Shown here: positions 16,038 to 23,467 of the stretch, in pieces | Layout of the letters: each line of letters opens with the position of its first letter | Position numbering within the stretch: the first letter of the stretch is position 1 | Position numbers and translations under genes: made by a program | Notes under the pieces: model-generated | Seen by the model: only the letters and a program-made list of their open reading frames with translations | Database searches by the model: none | What the model was told of the DNA's origin: nothing | NCBI GenBank assembly: GCA_017430135.1 | Contig: JAFRNM010000020.1 | Span: 1-32,000, forward strand | Direction: 5' to 3' | DNA: 32,000 nucleotides | From: Clostridia bacterium | Lineage (GTDB): Bacteria > Bacillota > Clostridia > TANB77 > CAG-508

Positions 16038-16116
16038 GATTATGAAAAAGAGGGGTATGATTTTGAAAGCCTTTATGCCAATAATAAATTTACAACATAG
16101 AATTTGCCATATAAAC

Positions 16117-16157
16117 AAAATGAAAGTGTAGATTTTACAAATCTATGCTTTCATTTT
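16117..16157 (+). terminator. hairpin terminator after the wHTH gene
   Basis: 17-bp stem: AAAATGAAAGTGTAGAT / ATCTATGCTTTCATTTT, with 2 G-U pairs and a 7-nt loop. Confidence 0.6.
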
Positions 16158-16159
16158 GT

Positions 16160-16440
16160 ATGCGTGGAAGTTTGAAACCGAGCTAGGTTTCAAGAAAGAG
16201 TAAGAAAATAAATTTTTTTCTTGCTCTTTTTTGCCTGAATTTGCGAATAGCAAGTTTGGGCAATTCAAAAAAGTTCACTTAGTGAACTTTTTTGAAAAAA
16301 CCTAAAAAAGCGAGTAGCGATTTTTAGGTTTTGGGGTGTGGGGTTTGTCAAACCCTGCCACAACTAACACTTTTTAGCGACAAGCGTAAAAAAAGTGTTG
16401 TAGTTGTGTTACATTACTTTTAAAAAAGTAACTATAGAGC
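16160..16440 (+). other. candidate oriT / relaxase recognition region (cluster of 6-7 hairpins)
   Basis: IRs at 16172-16193, 16197-16227, 16267-16293, 16297-16332, 16341-16355, 16359-16408 and 16408-16432. Contains GGGGTGTGGGG at 16333-16343. Lies immediately upstream of the MobV relaxase gene. Confidence 0.5.
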
Positions 16441-16523
16441 TATGCCAAAGAAGATGAAAGCTAGTTCTAAAAGAAGAAATTTTTAAAGTGCTATTTGCAC
16501 AGATTAAGGAGGTAAATTTAAAA

Positions 16524-17777
16524 ATGAGTTATGTAATAATTAGAAATGCAAAATACAAAAGAGAAAATTTAAAAGGAATTTTTAGACACAATGAACGAAA
16601 GAATGTACATTATTCAAACGAAAATATTGATAAGGAAAAATCATATTTAAATTATTCGCTAAAAGCACCAAAATATAGTTATGAAAAAGAGTTTGACAAA
16701 ATTAAGGAAAAGTACAACTTAAAAGGTCAAATAAAAACAGTTAGTAATATAGCTTGTGAATATATAATTACATCTGACCATGATTTCTTTGAAAAAATAG
16801 GCAAAGAAGAAACAAAAAGATTTTTTGAAACTGCATATAAATTTGTAGCTGAATATAAAGATTTAGGAGAACAATATATAATGTCTAGCACTGTGCATAT
16901 GGATGAGCAAACGCCCCATATGCATTTGGTGTTTTTGCCAGTAGTCCATACAACAGATAAAAATGGAAATGCTATTGATAAACTTGCTTGTAGTGAATTT
17001 TGGAAAGCAAAAGATAGTTACAGGCAATTACAAGATACTTTTTTCAAATATATGGTAGAAAACGGGTTTGATTTGCAACGAGGTGTGCCAATAGAAGAAA
17101 CAAATAGAAAGCATTATTCTGTTGAAGAATATAAGCAAATAACAAATTTTAAGCAAACAAAGAAAACACTAGAAAATATAAAATTAGAATTACCAGATGT
17201 ACCAGAAATTGCAGATATAAATGTTGCAAGGTGGTCTAAAAAGAGAGATGAGAAGATTTTAGAAGAAATAATAAAACCCAAAGATGATTTGATACAAAAT
17301 TTATACCAAAACAATTTGGATTTGCATAGAGAATTAACAAGACAAGCACAGGTTATTGAAGAAGCTGAAAAATACCAAAAAGAAAGAGAAAAAATACTTG
17401 CAGACAACGAAGAATTGCACAATTCTGTAAAAATTATAGAGAAAGAATATAAGAAAAAAAGTAATACTCTTGATTTGCAATTTAGTAATAGAAAAAAAGA
17501 CTTGGAAAATGAATTTAAGGAAAAAGAAAGTCAACTCAAAAGTAATTGGATGGATATAATTGATGATTATAAAAAGGAAAACAAGCATTTGAAAAGGCTT
17601 GTAGAAACTTTCAAAAAGACTATTAAAATTTTTATAAAATGGATTTGCAAGAAATTTGATATTGCTGAAGATTATGCTTTAGTTCGTGATTTTGAAAAAG
17701 AAACTAGAATTTCACTAGATGCTGAAAAGCAAGTACAAAATGAAGATAGAGAAAAAGAGTGGGATTTGGAAATGTAA
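16524..17777 (+). CDS. mob: MobV-family (Mob/Pre) relaxase
   Basis: AAGGAGG precedes ATG 16524. MSYVIIRNAKYK..., FRHNERK (HxxR) and STVHMDEQTPHMHLVFLPV (HxDE...PHxH) are present. Coiled-coil C-terminal half. Confidence 0.9.
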   Translation: MSYVIIRNAKYKRENLKGIFRHNERKNVHYSNENIDKEKSYLNYSLKAPKYSYEKEFDKIKEKYNLKGQIKTVSNIACEYIITSDHDFFEKIGKEETKRFFETAYKFVAEYKDLGEQYIMSSTVHMDEQTPHMHLVFLPVVHTTDKNGNAIDKLACSEFWKAKDSYRQLQDTFFKYMVENGFDLQRGVPIEETNRKHYSVEEYKQITNFKQTKKTLENIKLELPDVPEIADINVARWSKKRDEKILEEIIKPKDDLIQNLYQNNLDLHRELTRQAQVIEEAEKYQKEREKILADNEELHNSVKIIEKEYKKKSNTLDLQFSNRKKDLENEFKEKESQLKSNWMDIIDDYKKENKHLKRLVETFKKTIKIFIKWICKKFDIAEDYALVRDFEKETRISLDAEKQVQNEDREKEWDLEM

Positions 17778-17805
17778 AAAGTCGATAGAGAAATTTATCG
17801 ACTTT
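17778..17805. terminator. bidirectional terminator
   Basis: AAAGTCGATA / TATCGACTTT with an 8-nt loop, between convergent mob and the XRE gene. Confidence 0.6.
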
Positions 17806-17808
17806 GGA

Positions 17809-18060
17809 TTATTTTTCATTTGAAGGAGTATATTCTAAAATGTCGGAAATATTACAATTAAGTACATAACAAAATCTTGAAATAATATCTAAATCTACAC
17901 GAGAAATGCTATTATTGTAATATCTATTTATTAAATCAAAGTTAGCACCTACAAGTGAGCATAGTTTATTTCTACTAATTCCTTTTTCTAGTAATATTTC
18001 TTTTAATTTTATTTTGGTTACTCCATAATTTTTTAATATGTAAATACTATTATCTTCCAT
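17809..18060 (-). CDS. XRE-family helix-turn-helix transcriptional regulator
   Basis: 83 aa. LKEILLEKGISRNKLCSLVGANFDLINRYYNN...VLNCNISDILEY is the typical Cro/CI-type HTH. Divergent from the four-gene operon. Confidence 0.8.
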   Translation of the reverse strand: MEDNSIYILKNYGVTKIKLKEILLEKGISRNKLCSLVGANFDLINRYYNNSISRVDLDIISRFCYVLNCNISDILEYTPSNEK

Positions 18061-18183
18061 AATTGCTAATCTCCAAACATTTAATAATAATTTATAGAAA
18101 TATTATATAATGATATTTAATTATTAACACTACCATACTTTTAATGCATTACTAGCAATAGTATCTTAAATAATATAAAAAAC

Positions 18184-18212
18184 TTGCAAAATATTGTTAA
18201 ATATGGTAAAAT
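18184..18212 (+). promoter_or_regulatory. promoter of the four-gene cargo operon
   Basis: TTGCAA (18184-18189), 17-nt spacer, TGgTAAAAT extended -10 (18204-18212). AT-rich palindromic arms TTAATAAT/ATTATTAA lie in the divergent region. Confidence 0.5.
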
Positions 18213-18257
18213 TAAAGTAGTTGAATGACAACAGAAAAATTTAGGAGGTAAAATTAT

Positions 18258-19208
18258 ATGATAAAGAAAATGGGAGAATTATTTATTTATTATGTACTAT
18301 CTACTGAAAAAGAAGGCACAAAGGATTTTTGTTTAAGAGGATGTGTTAATGCAACACAAAAAGCTCTAAATATAATAAAAAATGAAAATTTGCAGGCATG
18401 GAATGAACATTTAAAAAATGTATTTGCATTTTATAAAAATGGAACTCATCCAGGGTTGAATATACAAAATGAATTAATGAAATTATCACAAGAAGAATAT
18501 ATTCAAGATATTGAAAAAATACAGGATTTATTTAGAAAATATAGTAAAATGGGAACTAGTAATTATGATTCATTATATTTAGTTACTTCTGAAAAAGATG
18601 TGTCAAGATTGTCTTATTCTATTATTTTAAGAAATAAGTCTTTAAAAGAAATAAGAAACTTATTAGATGAAGAATTGGAAAAAACAAATAAAGACCAAGA
18701 AATATTGGCTATTCTTACAAACGAATTATGCTGGAAATATCGTTATGGAAGCAAAGAAGATATAAATTTTGATGAGGCTATAAAAGGTTGGAAAATGATA
18801 GCAGATTATTTGACAGATGCGAAATATGAGTTAGCTTGGTGCTATTTTGAGGGAAAAGGTATAAAAGAAGATAAGGAAAAGGCATATAATATATTCTGTG
18901 AAATAATGTCAAAAGATATAAGGGCTAAATTTGAAGTTGCTCGACTAAATCTTTTCGGAGATGGAACTCTAAAAGATGAGAACAAAGCATTTAATATATT
19001 TACTGAAATGAAAGAAAAAGTACCATATGATATGGAAAAATTGATATGCAAATATTTGGGAAGAATGTATTTATATGGCTTAGGAATTAAACAAGATAAA
19101 AAGAAAGGCTTAGAATTATTAGAGAAAGCCTGGAATAGCGGATTTGTAGATTATAAATATGATGAAATAAAAAAAGCGTTAAAAGAGTATTATGGAATTA
19201 ACGATTAA
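18258..19208 (+). CDS. Sel1-like repeat (SLR) protein with unknown ~180-aa N-terminal domain
   Basis: The C-terminal half has SLR units (AKYELAWCYFEGKGIKEDKEKAYNIF; ARLNLFGDGTLKDENKAFNIF; LGRMYLYGLGIKQDKKKGLELLEKA). GGAGG lies 9 nt upstream of the ATG. Confidence 0.65.
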   Translation: MIKKMGELFIYYVLSTEKEGTKDFCLRGCVNATQKALNIIKNENLQAWNEHLKNVFAFYKNGTHPGLNIQNELMKLSQEEYIQDIEKIQDLFRKYSKMGTSNYDSLYLVTSEKDVSRLSYSIILRNKSLKEIRNLLDEELEKTNKDQEILAILTNELCWKYRYGSKEDINFDEAIKGWKMIADYLTDAKYELAWCYFEGKGIKEDKEKAYNIFCEIMSKDIRAKFEVARLNLFGDGTLKDENKAFNIFTEMKEKVPYDMEKLICKYLGRMYLYGLGIKQDKKKGLELLEKAWNSGFVDYKYDEIKKALKEYYGIND

Positions 19209-19230
19209 TTTATTAAAGAGGTGATATAAT

Positions 19231-19854
19231 ATGCCATTAAGATTTTTTGAAAGAAAATTAGAAAATCCAGAAAGTAATATCGAAAATGAAGGTAACTTAT
19301 ATGAAACAACTAATCCAAGAGAAGTTGATGAACCATATGAAGATGAATTTGATAAAAGAATGGGAGCGAGTGATTTAGATTCAAAAAGTTATAGTAAGTT
19401 TGAACAAACGACTAAACCACTTTCTAAAAGGGAAGCTTTTTTGCAATCTATTAGAGTAGAACAAAAAACAGAAGTATCTCCGTTAGTGTTGGCATATAGA
19501 GAACTAGATAGAGCAAGACAAAGTGGAAATAGAGAAGCTATTATACAAGCGGAAGATACAATATTGGATTTAGAACGACAAGAAGAACAAAGGGAATACA
19601 ATACAAGAATTGCAGAGTTAAGGCAAATGAAGGCTACAGCCAAATCAATGGGAGATAAAACAGAATTAGCTAGATTTGTAAAATTAAGAGATGCATTTGT
19701 AGTAGAGATGAAATATGATGAATTAAATTATCAAATCAAAAAATTACAAAATGCTCAAAGGCTATCACCTAGTAGAGATAATTTGCAAAAAATTGCTGAA
19801 TTAAGACAAGAAATGGAAAGTTTAGAAATGCCAGAAAATACAAAAGGAAGATAA
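19231..19854 (+). CDS. hypothetical charged (E/R/Q-rich) coiled-coil protein
   Basis: 207 aa. SD is AGAGGTGA. Composition is visibly different from the N/K/I-rich neighbours. No motif recognised. Confidence 0.5.
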   Translation: MPLRFFERKLENPESNIENEGNLYETTNPREVDEPYEDEFDKRMGASDLDSKSYSKFEQTTKPLSKREAFLQSIRVEQKTEVSPLVLAYRELDRARQSGNREAIIQAEDTILDLERQEEQREYNTRIAELRQMKATAKSMGDKTELARFVKLRDAFVVEMKYDELNYQIKKLQNAQRLSPSRDNLQKIAELRQEMESLEMPENTKGR

Positions 19855-19929
19855 TATAAATAGTTCAATAGGAATATGGTGATTATATGTTTCATTATAT
19901 TCCTATTTATTGATACGGAGGAAAAAATA

Positions 19930-20757
19930 ATGAGTTATATGGATGCCCAAAAATATCTTAATGAAAATAGATTTGAAAATGCATATAATATTTTAGTTAA
20001 AATAGCAAATAACAAATATGATTTCAAACAAAATGAAGCTAATTATAGTTTAGGTGAAATGTATTTACAAGGATTATATGTAAAAAAAGATCTTGATAGA
20101 GCTGTCGAATGTTTTAAAAGAGCTGATATTATAGAAAATCAATATTTGGCATTACTATATTATTATGGAATATTTGGAATACAAAAAAATTATGAAGAAG
20201 CTTGGAAATACAGTCATTCCACTAATAAAGATATTCACGATCCAAAAGAAATTATGGCAAAAAATATTTTATCAAAATATATTGAAAATTTAATTTTATA
20301 TAACAACTATTGGAATAATCAATTTAAAAAATATAGATTTGTTAGTAAAGCTAATATCGAAGATGAAAAGATTAGATTTGAAATTATAAATGATAATTTA
20401 AAAATATTTTTTAATGAATATAATAGTATATCAATTTTAAAAGACGAAAAATATGGGCAGATTTTTTCATATATATTAAATAATATTAAGGATATTGATT
20501 TTTACTTTGTTTTAGGAATATTGTTATTTAGAGATAAAAGATATAATGAGGCTATCAATTATATACAAAAATGTGTTGAAAATAATCATTCTTTTTCAAA
20601 AATAATTTTGTCATATTTATATAACGAAGGGCTTAGCGTTGAAAAAAATAGTTACAAAGCTAATGAAATATTAAATAGTATGAATACTGATAGATTAAGT
20701 GATATATTAGCTATAAATTACAAAAATGATATTTGTAAATGGATTGAAACAAACTAA
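19930..20757 (+). CDS. Sel1-like repeat / TPR-like protein
   Basis: GGAGG (19917-19921) precedes ATG 19930. The track start at 19876 lies inside a hairpin. Contains ANYSLGEMYLQGLYVKKDLDRAVECFKRA and ILSYLYNEGLSVEKNSYKANEIL SLR units. Confidence 0.55.
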   Translation: MSYMDAQKYLNENRFENAYNILVKIANNKYDFKQNEANYSLGEMYLQGLYVKKDLDRAVECFKRADIIENQYLALLYYYGIFGIQKNYEEAWKYSHSTNKDIHDPKEIMAKNILSKYIENLILYNNYWNNQFKKYRFVSKANIEDEKIRFEIINDNLKIFFNEYNSISILKDEKYGQIFSYILNNIKDIDFYFVLGILLFRDKRYNEAINYIQKCVENNHSFSKIILSYLYNEGLSVEKNSYKANEILNSMNTDRLSDILAINYKNDICKWIETN

Positions 20758-20784
20758 GAGATATATTTATATGGGGGTGATTAA

Positions 20785-21264
20785 ATGATTATACAAACTA
20801 ATAGATACAAAAAACTTTTAAAAAGGAACATTATTAGTATAATTGTAAGTTTCTTCATATTAATAGGATTAATTTTTTTAAACGAATTTATAAAAAATAA
20901 TAATATATATGGTAATGATTATAGACAAGTAAAAGCGGAGGTTGTGAAAATAATTGAAAGTCCTGTAGAACAATTAGTAGGCACAAAACATCATAAAACA
21001 ATGAAATTTGTTAAACTTTATAATATAAAAATAAAATATAATGTAAATGATACTGAATATCAAACTGAAATAAGCGGAATAAAAAATAAAAATATAGATA
21101 AAGAATTAAATGTATATTATAGTATTAATAATCCCAATGAAATAAAAGCAAACCTAAAAATAAATGAAAATATTGAAATATTTATTACGATTTCGGTATT
21201 AGTATGTATTGCATTTATTTTAAGGATAATTGATAAGTTAGTACATAAAGAATTATATTTATAA
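20785..21264 (+). CDS. DUF3592-like two-TM membrane protein
   Basis: N-terminal TM (IISIIVSFFILIGLIFL), a beta-rich middle (VKAEVVKI...YNIKIKYNVNDTEYQTE...LNVYYSINNPNEIKANL) and a C-terminal TM. This topology and pattern are typical of DUF3592. Confidence 0.5.
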   Translation: MIIQTNRYKKLLKRNIISIIVSFFILIGLIFLNEFIKNNNIYGNDYRQVKAEVVKIIESPVEQLVGTKHHKTMKFVKLYNIKIKYNVNDTEYQTEISGIKNKNIDKELNVYYSINNPNEIKANLKINENIEIFITISVLVCIAFILRIIDKLVHKELYL

Positions 21265-21266
21265 AT

Positions 21267-21290
21267 AAAATGCCTATAAAAAGGCATTTT
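21267..21290. terminator. bidirectional terminator
   Basis: AAAATGCCT / AGGCATTTT with a 6-nt loop, between convergent genes. Confidence 0.65.
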
Positions 21291-22383
21291 ATTTTGTTTC
21301 TTCAAGCCACTTGTAAACCTCGCTTTCAGTAAGTTCTCCATGTTTTAATTTTGTAATTTTATCTTTTGCTATTTTTTTCCAGTTTTCAAAGTCTTTTTTT
21401 AATTTTTTATCATTTTTATTTTTATTAACGATTCCAAATTTTTGTTGATAAAGTTTTCTGTATTCTCCATAAGCAGATTTTTCTTTTAGTCTGTTTTGGT
21501 ATGAAAGCATTGCTCCTTGTTCTCTGCAAGTTTTCTTATTTCCTTTTGGGTAATCGCAGTAAACTTCATCTAGTCTTGAATTTGGTATAAAGTACATACC
21601 ACAATTCTGACATTTTTTTATTGGATTATTTGTTGTTTTTGAAAGTTCTTCTAATATTGCATAACAAATGCTAGATAGGTCATAGCTTTGGTGTGTATCT
21701 TGCATTGAAATTAGCATACTTTTATTTTTTAGGCTCTCTAAAAGATTTTGTTCACTCATTCCAGTTAGTTCACCATTTTTATTTGAATAACTATCTCTAA
21801 TTATATGGTCATTTTTAGCATAAGTGTATAGGCTACCTTTATGTGTTATTAAATATACTGCATATCTTTCACTTGCAGAATATGGCTTTAAATCTTCTTT
21901 TTCATCTAAATTGTATATGTAAGTTACTGCATTTATTAATTCTTGTTGTATTTCTATTAGTTGTTCTTGCAAATTATTGAAAACTGCTTTTGTTTCTTTC
22001 AAATAATTTTCATCACTTCCATAGTTATTGCTTAAATCAAATTTATAGTTTTCATCTAGGTCTTTTAAAATTTCAAAACCATAAGCATAGAAAAAGTCTT
22101 TGTATGCTGTTTCATACGAAGAAAGGTTTGCATTTAAAAATCTTAACAATAATAAGCCAAATTTTTCTACATAAGGAAAATAAATAGATGCTGGGTGTTT
22201 TAATCCATTATCTGTTTTTTCTTTTTCACTCCAATATACAGTTCTTATTCTATTATCTAAATCCATATTAAAACTAGCCTTATAAAAATACAAAGGTGTA
22301 GAATAATATTCTTCTCTTTTCTCTTTATTAAACCAAATATAAAAATTTTCAAAAGAAGTTGTTTCTGGTAAATTAGTATTCAT
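21289..22383 (-). CDS. DUF6076-like protein with C-terminal Cys cluster
   Basis: 364 aa. IKKCQNCGMYFIPNSRLDEVYCDYPKGNKKTCREQGA is the Cys-rich motif I associate with DUF6076 proteins of clostridial mobile elements. Assignment is from memory, not a search. Confidence 0.5.
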   Translation of the reverse strand: MNTNLPETTSFENFYIWFNKEKREEYYSTPLYFYKASFNMDLDNRIRTVYWSEKEKTDNGLKHPASIYFPYVEKFGLLLLRFLNANLSSYETAYKDFFYAYGFEILKDLDENYKFDLSNNYGSDENYLKETKAVFNNLQEQLIEIQQELINAVTYIYNLDEKEDLKPYSASERYAVYLITHKGSLYTYAKNDHIIRDSYSNKNGELTGMSEQNLLESLKNKSMLISMQDTHQSYDLSSICYAILEELSKTTNNPIKKCQNCGMYFIPNSRLDEVYCDYPKGNKKTCREQGAMLSYQNRLKEKSAYGEYRKLYQQKFGIVNKNKNDKKLKKDFENWKKIAKDKITKLKHGELTESEVYKWLEETK

Positions 22384-22451
22384 ATCAATACTTTCCTCCG
22401 TTTCTAGTATATTGTATCACGAAACAATAACAAAAAATAATAAAATTGTTA

Positions 22452-22480
22452 TTGACATTCTATAATTATTATACTATAAT
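22452..22480 (+). promoter_or_regulatory. promoter of the small HTH gene
   Basis: TTGACA (22452-22457), 17-nt spacer, TATAAT (22475-22480). Confidence 0.55.
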
Positions 22481-22568
22481 ATCTCTAACAATACAATACT
22501 TTTTAGAATAATAATTGTTTTAAATTGTAGACTAAAATTTCACTACAATATTTTAAGAAAGAAATGGG

Positions 22569-23021
22569 GTGATAAAAATAAACAAAACAGATGAGATAAT
22601 CAAACTTTTTTATGAAGAACACAAAAGACCAACAGATATTGCTGAACAAGTAGGTGTTGCAAATTCTTATGTAACAAAAGTAATCCAAAAAGATAAGAGA
22701 TATATTGAAGAAAAGCAACATCGAAAAGAAGAAAACAAAGAAACTCATAAGGTAAGCAAAAGAAGATATATTCAAAAAAGAAGAGAAAAAGAAAAACAAG
22801 AATATCTTGCAATGGTAGTTCAAATAAATAGAGATAACAATTATTTGTCAACTAAAAAGCAAGTGTCAGATATAGCTTTTGCAAAGTGGAACAGAGGAAT
22901 GTTTGAATATGATAAACATAGTTCCGATTTAGTGTTAAGAAATGGTATAACAACAGGTTATAATGTACCAAAAAGAGTTGGTAATGTGGTAAGTGCCGAT
23001 ATGATAAGGGCATATAATTAA
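22569..23021 (+). CDS. small helix-turn-helix protein (sigma-70 region-4/Psq-like HTH), basic middle region
   Basis: GTG start. EIIKLFYEEHKRPTDIAEQVGVANSYVTKVIQ is an HTH. 150 aa. Confidence 0.5.
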   Translation: MIKINKTDEIIKLFYEEHKRPTDIAEQVGVANSYVTKVIQKDKRYIEEKQHRKEENKETHKVSKRRYIQKRREKEKQEYLAMVVQINRDNNYLSTKKQVSDIAFAKWNRGMFEYDKHSSDLVLRNGITTGYNVPKRVGNVVSADMIRAYN

Positions 23022-23191
23022 ATAACATAAACAAATTAGCCAAAGGATATTAAGGCTATTTTTTTATTTCAAATAAGAGTTTTTAGGCTTTATATAGCTT
23101 GAAAGCTCTTATTTTTAGGAAGGGGAAAAAGATGATAAGGTTTTATAAAAATTTCAAAAAGTATGTGGATTTATAGAAAGGAGTAACGCCT

Positions 23192-23326
23192 ATGGGTAAA
23201 AGAAAAACAGAAGAAATAACTATAATAAACAAATTTAATGAAAAATCTTCTGTTGATGTTAAAAAATCAATAGAAAATGCTTTCAAATTGTTTTATAGCT
23301 TAAATGTAAGTAAAAACAAAATATAA
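23192..23326 (+). CDS. possible 44-aa micro-ORF upstream of the recombinase
   Basis: AAAGGAG precedes ATG 23192 by 7 nt (MGKRKTEEITIINKF...). Too short for the ORF track. No homology evidence. Confidence 0.3.
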   Translation: MGKRKTEEITIINKFNEKSSVDVKKSIENAFKLFYSLNVSKNKI

Positions 23327-23340
23327 ATTAAAAAATTAAG

Positions 23341-23446
23341 AGTTTCGCCTATAATTCAGTGTTTTATAAATTTTTATATTAGTTTAAATCGGTTGACTTT
23401 TTATAAATTGAGCGGTAAAATAAGCACATAAATTATAGGCGAAACT
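23341..23446. repeat. perfect 16-bp inverted repeat bracketing the recombinase promoter
   Basis: AGTTTCGCCTATAATT (23341-23356) and AATTATAGGCGAAACT (23431-23446), 74 nt apart. Confidence 0.85.
23393..23421 (+). promoter_or_regulatory. promoter of the serine recombinase gene
   Basis: TTGACT (23393-23398), 17-nt spacer, TAAAAT (23416-23421). Lies inside the IR-bounded segment. Confidence 0.5.
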
Positions 23447-23467
23447 TACTAAAAGTGAGGAGGTAAA

